32,350 nt of DNA from Candidatus Micrarchaeota archaeon (GCA_018304385.1 JAGVWJ010000010.1:1-32350); one strand, 5' to 3'; shown: positions 17,097 through 24,291, numbered from the stretch's first letter. Numbers and translations: made by a program. The notes: generated from the sequence alone by a model not told the origin.

Positions 17097-17194
17097 AAAC
17101 GACCGACGCGAGCAACGCGAGCGCAATTATTTTCTGCGGAAAATAATGCGCATTGACAACCTTTTTGGTTGTCAATTGCGTCTTGACGCTATAG
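17097..17194 (+). other. Multi-hairpin element; possible expanded family B variant
   Basis: Starts AAACGACCGACGCG like copy 1. GACGC/GCGTC outer stem encloses two hairpins (17121-17151, 17152-17176). Ends in CTATAG. Confidence 0.5.
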
Positions 17195-17348
17195 TACATT
17201 TTTATAAGCATAATATATTGAAGTTAGAGCGAATAGGTGCAATGCACCGTGTTAGAGCGAACAATAGAGATATTAGTTTGAGAAGTTGACTTATACAATA
17301 GTTAGCTTTTTTAATAGAACAGACATATATCTTATGCTTTTAAGGCAA

Positions 17349-17414
17349 TGAGCCTTGAGCCGTGGGCAGTGAGCAAACGTTGGCTCAATGCTCAAGGCCG
17401 AAGGCTCAAGGCAG
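17349..17414. repeat. Family C palindromic heptamer element (4 TGAGC units, AACGTT centre, 4 GCTCA units)
   Basis: TGAGCCT TGAGCCG TGGGCAG TGAGCAA ACGTTG GCTCAAT GCTCAAG GCCGAAG GCTCAAG GCAG. Confidence 0.85.
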
Positions 17415-17422
17415 TTGATATT

Positions 17423-17932
17423 ATGATTTCTTATTCTTATCTTCGTGAAATTCAGAAAAAAGAGGTAGAGTCAGCTGCATTAACAAAGTTAGATGGTAGC
17501 TTCTATGAGCAGGTTGCAGAATTCTTAAAAAAGAAAAAAGAAGAGGCATTATCTACAAATTCTATTCTTTCTATAAAGGAATATGAAAACATAAAGAAGG
17601 TTGTAATTTCTATTCAAAGTAAAAGAGAGGAGAAATTATTTTTACTATCGCTTCGAGGTCAGGCAGTTGATGGCTTGACAGAAAGTGAGAGAACGTTATT
17701 TGAAAATATCTCTACTACTGTGCAAAAATACCGCGATAATGTGTTTGAGGTTTTATCAAAGGAAGGTCATGATGCTCCTAGGATCAAAAAGATAAAAATA
17801 GTGAAAGATGTGGAGCAGTATAAAGGATTGGATAATAACGTTTATGGTCCATTTAAAACAGGTGAAGAGGCTTTACTACCAATGCAAGAAGTAGAATGGT
17901 TGCTTAAGTCACACCTAGCCGAGTTATTATAG
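17423..17932 (+). CDS. GINS complex subunit (Gins15/Gins51 family)
   Basis: Helical A-domain plus C-terminal B-domain 'YKGLDNNVYGPFKTGE...LP..EVEWL'. Lies directly upstream of rpl44e as in the conserved archaeal cluster. Start moved to ATG 17423 because the upstream 25 codons are the heptamer repeat. Confidence 0.75.
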   Translation: MISYSYLREIQKKEVESAALTKLDGSFYEQVAEFLKKKKEEALSTNSILSIKEYENIKKVVISIQSKREEKLFLLSLRGQAVDGLTESERTLFENISTTVQKYRDNVFEVLSKEGHDAPRIKKIKIVKDVEQYKGLDNNVYGPFKTGEEALLPMQEVEWLLKSHLAELL

Positions 17933-18006
17933 AGGTTTTATAAACCCTACGTCGTACTATCTATTTACAACTTTTATAAGATTTATATGCCCAGAGATGA
18001 TTATGT

Positions 18007-18288
18007 ATGAAATTTCCAAAAGAGATTAAGACATACTGTCCATTTTGCAGAAAACATCACCCACACAAGGTAAAAGTAGCCAGCAAAAGCAAGGCAAGAA
18101 CAATGGCAGAAGGTAATCGTGCGCACAATCGCAGTTTAGAAGGCCATGGCGGTAAGCGAGCTGGTGAAAAAACAGTAAAAAAACAGGGAAAAAGGCAAAA
18201 GCTCGTATTAGAATGTTCAAGCTGTAAGAAAAAGCACGAAAAGGTTCTTTCTGGAAGAACAATGAAGAAAGTGGAATTGAAATCATAA
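18007..18288 (+). CDS. rpl44e: 50S ribosomal protein L44e
   Basis: 'MKFPKEIKTYCPFCRKHHPHKV' and 'LECSSCKK' zinc ribbon. Confidence 0.95.
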   Translation: MKFPKEIKTYCPFCRKHHPHKVKVASKSKARTMAEGNRAHNRSLEGHGGKRAGEKTVKKQGKRQKLVLECSSCKKKHEKVLSGRTMKKVELKS

Positions 18289-18296
18289 GTTGGCCA

Positions 18297-18324
18297 TGGG
18301 CAATGAGCCCTGAGCTTTGGGTAA
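18297..18324 (+). repeat. Family C heptamer array (TGAGC sense) directly after the rpl44e stop
   Basis: TGGGCAA TGAGCCC TGAGCTT TGGGTAA. Confidence 0.72.
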
Positions 18325-18375
18325 GTTCGTCTAGAGTTCCCAGTTGGAGAACATGAAATAAGGCTTCATAGATCC

Positions 18376-18416
18376 AGAGACCTGCGGTCTCTAGCTCTTC
18401 AAGAAAATCTTGAAGA
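18376..18416. other. Pair of perfect hairpins
   Basis: AGAGACC-TGC-GGTCTCT (18376-18392) and TCTTCAAGA-AAA-TCTTGAAGA (18396-18416). Confidence 0.65.
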
Positions 18417-18500
18417 ACGGTCGACGCGGCATAAGAAAAACAATATACCGCGTCACTATAGAAAATATAGGTAAACGACGGATACGTAATAAAGAGAAAT
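18415..18500 (+). repeat. Family B repeat, copy 2
   Basis: GAACGGTC-GACGCGG-N18-CCGCGTC-ACTATAG-AAAATATAGGTAAA-CGACGG-...AATAAAGAGAAA. Confidence 0.8.
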
Positions 18501-18527
18501 CAGAAGGAAAATATAGTTGGTGAAAAC

Positions 18528-18692
18528 ATGAGTGGAAAATTTTTAAGGGTAAAATGTAAATGTGGGACTGAGCAAACGCTGTTTAGCCATGTTACTTCTT
18601 CTATAACCTGTACTTCTTGTAATGTCGCTTTAGCAGAGCCCAGTGGTGGAGAAGCAGTAATTTTTGGGAAAATCATTAAAGAGGCTGGCTAA
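18528..18692 (+). CDS. rps27e: 30S ribosomal protein S27e (not in ORF track, 54 aa)
   Basis: Translated by hand: MSGKFLRVKCKCGTEQTLFSHVTSSITCTSCNVALAEPSGGEAVIFGKIIKEAG. GGTGA RBS upstream. Confidence 0.93.
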   Translation: MSGKFLRVKCKCGTEQTLFSHVTSSITCTSCNVALAEPSGGEAVIFGKIIKEAG

Positions 18693-19436
18693 TTGGATCT
18701 TCCAGAGCAAGATGAGCTTGTTATTGCTATAATAAAAAAGATTCTTCCATACGGAGCATTTTGTAGTCTACCAGAATATAATATAGAGGCATTTTTACAT
18801 GTTAGTGAGGTTGCCCCACGTTGGATAAAAAATATCCATGAATTTATATCTGAAGGCCAGCGCTTAGTTGTAAAAGTATATCACGTGGATAAGCAAAAGA
18901 ACCAGGTTGATGTTTCTTTAAAACGCGTAAGTGAAGAAGAGAAAAGGAAAAAGCAGGAGCAGGTTAGCCTAGACAAAAGGGCAGAAAAACTTTTAGAGGT
19001 TTCAATATCTGAATCAAAGGTCAAGCTTGATTATGAAACTGTTAAGAAAACAATTATTGATCATTTTGGAGATTTGTTTAGCTGTTTTCAATCTGCATTT
19101 GATGATGAAAAAAACATTAATGATTTAGATGTTCCGCAAAGCTTGAAGAATGCAATCATTGAAGTTGCTAAGAAAAATATAAAAAAGGCAGTTATTGAAA
19201 TCTCTGGAATAGCAAGTATTACATGTTATGATAGCGATGGTATAGATAAAATAAAAGAAATGCTTAATTTGGGCAAGAATATTTCTGTTACTTATCTGGG
19301 CGCGCCAAGGTATAAATTTTCTGTTACTAGTGATAACTATAAAAGCGCAGAAAAATCATTGGCTAGTGCAATAGAGCATATAAAAAGTTTTGCAGATAAA
19401 AGCAATTGTGATTTTAGCTTTGAGCGGAGCGAGTGA
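18693..19436 (+). CDS. eif2a: Translation initiation factor aIF2 alpha subunit (TTG start)
   Basis: S1 domain 'LPEQDELVIA...YGAFCSL.EY..EAFLHVSEV' and C-terminal 'YLGAPRY'. Confidence 0.95.
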   Translation: MDLPEQDELVIAIIKKILPYGAFCSLPEYNIEAFLHVSEVAPRWIKNIHEFISEGQRLVVKVYHVDKQKNQVDVSLKRVSEEEKRKKQEQVSLDKRAEKLLEVSISESKVKLDYETVKKTIIDHFGDLFSCFQSAFDDEKNINDLDVPQSLKNAIIEVAKKNIKKAVIEISGIASITCYDSDGIDKIKEMLNLGKNISVTYLGAPRYKFSVTSDNYKSAEKSLASAIEHIKSFADKSNCDFSFERSE

Positions 19437-19437
19437 A

Positions 19438-19614
19438 ATGAAAAAAATGAGATTTTGTGTTGTTTGTAAAAAATACACGCTTGAAAGAATTCACTGTGAG
19501 CGCAATTCTCTCTCTGCACATCCTGCGCCATTTAAACCAGAAGATGTTTACGGTGATTTTAGAAGGGTTATGAAGGGTTTTAATATTACAAAGAATGATA
19601 GATATGCAATATAA
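19438..19614 (+). CDS. nop10: H/ACA RNP protein Nop10
   Basis: 'MKKMRFCVVCKKYTLERIHC...SAHPAPFKPED.YG.FRR'. Syntenic after aIF2alpha. Confidence 0.9.
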   Translation: MKKMRFCVVCKKYTLERIHCERNSLSAHPAPFKPEDVYGDFRRVMKGFNITKNDRYAI

Positions 19615-19623
19615 GGTGAAAAT

Positions 19624-20385
19624 TTGAGAGAAACTATTATTATAGAAAAAGAAAAGATAAAAGTTAAGAAAGGTGTTCTAGTTGTTGGTCTACCTGGTAT
19701 AGGACTCATAGGGCGAGTGGTAGGCAGATATTTAGCAGAAGAACTTAAAGGAAAGAAGATTGCAGATTTATATTCTCCTCATTTTCCGCATCAGGTTTTT
19801 ATGACTAAAAAAGGTGGTCTTAGATTAATTAATAATCGATTTTACTGGGTTAAGGGGAAGAAATATGATTTAATTGTTCTTACTGGGGACATACAAGCAA
19901 TGTCTACTGTTGGGCAATATGAAGTAGCTAGCGCAATAATAGAATATTCAAAGCGCATTGGCATTAATCTTATTGTTACTGTTGGGGGGTATAGCACTGG
20001 TCGCGTAAACGAACATCGCAAAATTTTTGCTGTTACAACCTCTAAATCGCTATTATCTAGATTTAAGAAACTCGGTGTTGTATTTGGCGAGGCGCGCGGT
20101 AGTATTGTTGGTGCAGCAGGTTTGCTTCCTGCAATGGGCAAGTTGCAAGGCGTACATGGTATATGTGTTATGGGAGAGACCCATGGCGGCTATGTGGATG
20201 TTACTGCAGCCAAAAATATTGTTGAGTTATTATCTACTTACTTAGACTTTGAAATAGACCTTAAGAAACTAGAAGAAAAGGCTAAGGAAAGCGAAAAGGT
20301 ACTAAAGAAAATAGAAGAGGAAGTACAAAGAAGCATGATAGCACCTTACGAGCCAGGTAAGAAAGGCGTTTCTTATATTCGTTAG
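19624..20385 (+). CDS. PAC2-family (proteasome assembly chaperone-like) protein
   Basis: 'VGLPGIGLIG', 'LYSPHFPHQV', 'GSIVGAAGLL' and 'CVMGETHG'. Syntenic after nop10. Confidence 0.88.
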   Translation: MRETIIIEKEKIKVKKGVLVVGLPGIGLIGRVVGRYLAEELKGKKIADLYSPHFPHQVFMTKKGGLRLINNRFYWVKGKKYDLIVLTGDIQAMSTVGQYEVASAIIEYSKRIGINLIVTVGGYSTGRVNEHRKIFAVTTSKSLLSRFKKLGVVFGEARGSIVGAAGLLPAMGKLQGVHGICVMGETHGGYVDVTAAKNIVELLSTYLDFEIDLKKLEEKAKESEKVLKKIEEEVQRSMIAPYEPGKKGVSYIR

Positions 20386-20427
20386 GTTTTTATTTGTTCT
20401 TTTCCTATATTCAAAGGGAGGTCTTAT

Positions 20428-20670
20428 ATGCGTGCTCAGCTTTCGGCTGAAATGCTTATTCTAATTGTAGTTATTCTTGCGATCGTTGCGCTAGTGGCAT
20501 CGCAATTAACTAAAACAACAGAAAAAACTGGTAAAAGCATTGAAACGCAAAGCGATATAATTGTTAATCGTTCTGAGGCAGCAGTTAAAGGCAAACCTGG
20601 CGAGTTTTGTAATGATGATATTCAATGCTTATCTGGTTATTGTGATAAGGATAATTTTAAATGTCAGTAA
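20428..20670 (+). CDS. Class III signal-peptide (type IV pilin-like) protein with Cys-rich tail
   Basis: 'MRAQLSAEMLILIVVILAIVALV' fits (K/R)-(G/A)-Q-x-S-x-E plus a hydrophobic helix. Confidence 0.8.
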   Translation: MRAQLSAEMLILIVVILAIVALVASQLTKTTEKTGKSIETQSDIIVNRSEAAVKGKPGEFCNDDIQCLSGYCDKDNFKCQ

Positions 20671-20675
20671 TGTTT

Positions 20676-21056
20676 ATGCGCGCTCAGCTATCATTCGAAT
20701 ATCTAATTATTGCGTTAATTGGTCTAATTCTAATTTCAATATCAATATTTGCTTTAAATAAAATAAGATCAAACGCAGATAACTCTTATGAGAATGTTAA
20801 ATTTAAAGCAATGAAAGAGGATTTTTTTAATATGGTTGATGAGATTTGCGCACTTGGCAATGGGAATAGTAAAGCGATTAATCTTGCGCAGCAAATAACA
20901 ATACAATCCGATTCGCGTAATAATATTTTCTTTTTAACTATCTCGAACAATAGAAATTCTGCTGCACACGAAACAAGTTGCGAAATAGATATTAATGGAC
21001 AGTTTGATAGCGAGATTACAATAGCGAATGATAATGGAAAAATAATAAATAAATAA
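20676..21056 (+). CDS. Class III signal-peptide (type IV pilin-like) protein
   Basis: 'MRAQLSFEYLIIALIGLILISISIF'. Start placed at the MRAQ methionine. Confidence 0.8.
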   Translation: MRAQLSFEYLIIALIGLILISISIFALNKIRSNADNSYENVKFKAMKEDFFNMVDEICALGNGNSKAINLAQQITIQSDSRNNIFFLTISNNRNSAAHETSCEIDINGQFDSEITIANDNGKIINK

Positions 21057-21059
21057 AAA

Positions 21060-21164
21060 AGCCCTAGAAGAGATTTGAACTCCTAACTTCCTCCTTACAA
21101 GAGAGGCACTCTACCGATACTCGCTCTTTATAATTAGTAATAAATAGCTTTGAGTTACTAGGGC
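21060..21164 (-). tRNA. tRNA-Thr(UGU) with a 33-nt D-loop intron (21117-21149, position 15/16)
   Basis: Acceptor stem GCCCTAG/CTAGGGC plus U73. Anticodon arm CCTCT-CTTGTAA-GGAGG. BHB ACTC/GAGT with AAA and ATC bulges. The spliced D-loop AACGGTA gives A15, matching U48. Confidence 0.9.
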
Positions 21165-21255
21165 ATTATACGTAAAAAATATGTGTGAAGATAGCTATTT
21201 AAAGACTTGTTAGGATAGAATATTTAACTATTTTTACTACTTTAGAGGTTTTAAT

Positions 21256-21408
21256 ATGGGTAAGTTTCCTGAAGCAGATGCTCGCATAATGCAGTTTGTT
21301 GTTTGCAGACGATGCAAGTCTAGAAATAAGAAGACATTGGATAAATGCAGAAAATGCGGATCTGTTTTCCTTAGGCCAAAAAGAAAGGACATAAAGGCTA
21401 AGAAATAG
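21256..21408 (+). CDS. rpl40e: 50S ribosomal protein L40e (not in ORF track, 50 aa)
   Basis: Translated by hand: MGKFPEADARIMQFVVCRRCKSRNKKTLDKCRKCGSVFLRPKRKDIKAKK. Confidence 0.93.
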   Translation: MGKFPEADARIMQFVVCRRCKSRNKKTLDKCRKCGSVFLRPKRKDIKAKK

Positions 21409-21423
21409 CATTGATAGAAGGAA

Positions 21424-22302
21424 TTACTTGCCTCGTGCAAGGGCGCTCATTGTATCAACTAGTTTTATTAGATCCTGTAAGGAAAGGCTTCCTAATTTCT
21501 TTTTTATCTCTTTTAAGAAGGAAATGTCTTTTTCGAGCAATAAGATAATTACTGTTCTTGATAATTGTTTTTTTCTAAGCGCAGCAATAAATCTAGCACG
21601 GGTTAATGGAGGTAATTTTTCCAATGCCTTTTCTGCTGTTTCATCCTTTCTGAGCGTTTTAACTACCTCTTCCAATACAACTATTTCCTGGACTATCTTT
21701 GATTCTACTTTCTCCTTTCTCTGCAATGTTTCAACAAATGCCTCTTTTGCTTTTTCCTGCTGTGTAATGGCAATTATCTCGGCTGTTGTATGCTGGTCAC
21801 TTACTTTTATTTTTGTTGGTCCGTGATAGTCTGGAGGGGTAGAATATTCTCTTTCATTTAATATTTTTTCCAGAAGGTGTGGGTCTACAACAGTATAAAT
21901 TAGCGGAGCAGCAATCATCGAGTATAAAGAATATCCAGAATGTGTACCTACTGCCTCTTCTATTTTTTTCTGTGTTTCATCTTTGATCGTTACGTTATTT
22001 GTTGTTGCTAGTTTTTCTACAGTATTTGTTTCAGGATTATAATAAGTTAAAATGTAGGTTTGTTGAGATCTTGTCTCATCCTTTGTCTCAGCGATTGTTT
22101 TTGTTCCTTCGGCTTCTTTAGTTTTTGCCTCTGCGATTATCTCTGCAGCGCCTTGTTTTTTTGTATGCTCCTCTATCATCTCTCTCCCGACAAAAAATTT
22201 TATTATATCCTCTGGAAAGAATAGCATTTTTATATCTACTAAAGGTATAATCTCTCTAAAATTATAGCTATATGTAATAGCTGCAACAAGCTTCATTGCC
22301 AT
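21424..22302 (-). CDS. Hypothetical protein (start uncertain)
   Basis: 292-aa ORF with no recognised motif. Confidence 0.65.
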   Translation of the reverse strand: MAMKLVAAITYSYNFREIIPLVDIKMLFFPEDIIKFFVGREMIEEHTKKQGAAEIIAEAKTKEAEGTKTIAETKDETRSQQTYILTYYNPETNTVEKLATTNNVTIKDETQKKIEEAVGTHSGYSLYSMIAAPLIYTVVDPHLLEKILNEREYSTPPDYHGPTKIKVSDQHTTAEIIAITQQEKAKEAFVETLQRKEKVESKIVQEIVVLEEVVKTLRKDETAEKALEKLPPLTRARFIAALRKKQLSRTVIILLLEKDISFLKEIKKKLGSLSLQDLIKLVDTMSALARGK

Positions 22303-22389
22303 AAGTTATGTTAGTAGGTGATATTTATAAATAAAATTGCAGGCCTGATTGGGTTGAGCTCAATAGCCCTTCATTTTTGTAAACAAAAA

Positions 22390-22559
22390 TGCAGGGGACA
22401 GGATTGACAGCCTTGTTGTCAAATCTTGTGCGACAGCACAAGGCTTTTGAACCTGTGTAGGTACTAAACCACGGAGTCCTAAGCCCCGCGCATTTGGCCG
22501 CTTCAGCCACGTTCCGGTCGGTTTTTTTGTCGCCCGTCACGAGTCTCTGCCACCCCTGC
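22390..22559 (-). tRNA. tRNA-Leu(UAG) with D-loop intron (~22501-22544, 44 nt) and T-loop 59/60 intron (22404-22445, 42 nt)
   Basis: Acceptor stem GCAGGGG/CCCCTGC plus A73. Anticodon arm CGGGG-CTTAGGA-CTCCG. Long variable arm. T stem ACAGG/CCTGT. Both splice motifs are relaxed, so the junctions could shift by 1-2 nt. Confidence 0.88.
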
Positions 22560-22560
22560 T

Positions 22561-22653
22561 TGAAACCCTTTTAGAACGCGGATGTCGCCAAAGGCGACAT
22601 AGCGCCCATTGTTCGATGCGTCGAACAATCGGGAAAGGGTTTCATCCCAAAAC
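22561..22653 (+). repeat. Family A element with two extra hairpins nested in its loop
   Basis: TGAAACCCTTT...AAAGGGTTTCA-TCCCAAAAC encloses ATGTCGCC-AAA-GGCGACAT and ATTGTTCGA-TGCG-TCGAACAAT. Confidence 0.72.
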
Positions 22654-22713
22654 TCCCAGTATAACTAGAGCTAAGAGAGAAATAAAATTAGAACCCAACT
22701 TCTTAAAAATAAA

Positions 22714-23814
22714 TCACTTATTCTCACTCTTTAGATATTCCAGCGTTTCATCAGTTCCAATAACTAGTTTATCAAATAAATCTCTTGGAGAGAATAGTTT
22801 TATCTTATCCTTAATCTTTTCTTCTAATTCTTTGATTGCCAGTTCTTTTACTGATATTTTTTGATCCTTAATTCTCTTTATTCTTTCTAATTTGTCTTTA
22901 AGCGTTGTTGCGTTTAGATGATTATCTAAATATACATCATCTCTGTTCACAAAGGTTATGTCAGATGATGTTAACCCTTCTCTTGCAGTTCCTTTAATTT
23001 TTATCCTTATTATTGCAGAGTTATCTAGTTTTTTAAGTTCCTTTATTTTCTCTTCAACTATCTTTTTTATCTCCTCAATGCCTGCATCTTTAAATTCTAA
23101 TTCTTCATAGAAAAACTTTCTGCAAGTAATCTCAACAAACTCATGTGTTTTTGCTTTTGTATCATATAATACGTAGCCGCGTGGTGCAGTTTCATCTTTT
23201 TTTAGCTGCGTTACAACTGTGCTACCTGGAATTATAAATCGACCGCCAAGTTTTGTTAGCTTACCGTGAATATGTCCATTTATTATAAGATCAAATGGTA
23301 ATGTTTCTAGCTCTTCAAGCGATATCTCATTTTCAGCATTGGGGATTAATTCTTTTATTGATTGGTGTAGAACTAGAATTTTCAATGCGTTCGGATTTGG
23401 CTTAAAATTTTCCAATGCCTTCTTAAGCGCAATACTTGCAAGCTCTTCTGGAACATTACCAAGACCAAATATCTGTACTTTCTCCCCTAAATTATCAAAT
23501 TCAGCTGCTTCCCCGTGCAAGTACCTAAAAGCGCCCATTGTTGCAAGCAGTTGTGCAGGATTAACCATCCCCTTACTTCGTCTTTCGTGGTTCCCATGTA
23601 TTGCAAAAATTGGTTTTTTTACTTTCTTTAGTATTTCTACAGCGCGATTAAGTGTTTCTAGCTTAGGCGTTTTTGTATCAAATACATCGCCTGCGTAGAT
23701 AATTAGATCTGCCTTTTTATCAGCATCTAAAAATGCATTCTCTGCCTGAATGTAAGAGTCTTCTTCGAATCTTGCATAGCCAAAATGAGTGTCAGAAATG
23801 ATTGCCAGTTTCAT
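22714..23814 (-). CDS. mre11: Mre11/SbcD-family DNA repair nuclease
   Basis: Phosphoesterase motifs 'ISDTHFG', 'AGDVFD', 'IHGNHE', 'LVLHQ' and 'NGHIH'. Confidence 0.85.
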   Translation of the reverse strand: MKLAIISDTHFGYARFEEDSYIQAENAFLDADKKADLIIYAGDVFDTKTPKLETLNRAVEILKKVKKPIFAIHGNHERRSKGMVNPAQLLATMGAFRYLHGEAAEFDNLGEKVQIFGLGNVPEELASIALKKALENFKPNPNALKILVLHQSIKELIPNAENEISLEELETLPFDLIINGHIHGKLTKLGGRFIIPGSTVVTQLKKDETAPRGYVLYDTKAKTHEFVEITCRKFFYEELEFKDAGIEEIKKIVEEKIKELKKLDNSAIIRIKIKGTAREGLTSSDITFVNRDDVYLDNHLNATTLKDKLERIKRIKDQKISVKELAIKELEEKIKDKIKLFSPRDLFDKLVIGTDETLEYLKSENK

Positions 23815-23864
23815 TTTTATTGCCCCTTGCCAAGGTATTTAAGAATTCTGATATAGATAATATT

Positions 23865-23942
23865 ATGCTAGAAGAGCTTTTATTGACTATTGTTATTATT
23901 GTTATAATTCTTGTTGTAACCTACTTTGTCACAAGGCCATAA
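23865..23942 (+). CDS. Candidate 25-aa single-TM small protein
   Basis: MLEELLLTIVIIVIILVVTYFVTRP. Followed by a TGAGC heptamer array, as other genes in this window are. Confidence 0.42.
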   Translation: MLEELLLTIVIIVIILVVTYFVTRP

Positions 23943-23944
23943 TT

Positions 23945-23979
23945 CTGGCTTTGAGCCTTAAGCACTGGATCATGAGCAT
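23945..23979 (+). repeat. Family C heptamer array (TGAGC sense)
   Basis: CTGGCTT TGAGCCT TAAGCAC TGGATCA TGAGCAT. Confidence 0.6.
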
Positions 23980-24037
23980 ATTTTTAATTTGTTTTATTCT
24001 TCTTTATATCTACTGTTTCTGGTGTTAGAAATACATA

Positions 24038-24123
24038 GAACTGTCGACGTGGCCTAAGTAATATATTAGTCCACGTCACTATAGAGAACATAAGTAATAC
24101 GACGGTTTTAGAATAATGAGAAA
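24038..24123 (+). repeat. Family B repeat, copy 3 (ends ~20 bp before tRNA-Ile)
   Basis: GAACTGTC-GACGTGG-N18-CCACGTC-ACTATAG-AGAACATAAGTAATA-CGACGG-TTTTAGAATAATGAGAAA. Confidence 0.82.
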
Positions 24124-24142
24124 CCAGAAGTAGTACATAGTT

Positions 24143-24282
24143 GGGCCCGTAGCTCAGCCAGGTTGGAGCGTTCGTGCAAAAGCGACGAAACTGATAGAAA
24201 CTTTAGTAAAAGTTTCATCAAAACTGGCACCTTAAGGTTTTCAGAGATCGAAAGGTCTTGTGTTCAAATCACAACGGGCCCA
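24143..24282 (+). tRNA. tRNA-Ile(GAU) with introns at 30/31 (24175-24189, 15 nt) and 37/38 (24197-24246, 50 nt)
   Basis: Acceptor stem GGGCCCG/CGGGCCC plus A73. The spliced arm reads TTCGA-CTGATAA-TCGAA. BHB helices CGTT/GACG and CTGA/TCAG each have two 3-nt bulges. Confidence 0.92.
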
Positions 24283-24291
24283 ATATTTATA

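Noticed and set aside
17349-17414. Heptamer arrays as a CRISPR array
   Set aside because: Units are 7 bp and contiguous with no unique spacers, and there are no cas genes in the window.
17348-17422. N-terminal 25 aa of the tracked GINS ORF
   Set aside because: Encoded entirely by the palindromic repeat; ATG 17423 is the more plausible start.
22501-22544. AAAACCGACCGG in the tRNA-Leu D-loop intron resembling the family B 5' end
   Set aside because: Short partial match with no stem, 18-nt loop or tail following.
22325-22864. GC-rich structured region as SRP RNA or RNase P RNA; ORFs 22325..22540 and 22616..22864
   Set aside because: Fully explained by intron-containing tRNA-Leu, flanking hairpins and antisense overlap with mre11. 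I saw no SRP helix-8 or RNase P P4 motifs.
22714-23814. mre11 without adjacent rad50/nurA/herA as a novel system
   Set aside because: Operon break-up is common in reduced genomes, and the partners may lie outside the window.
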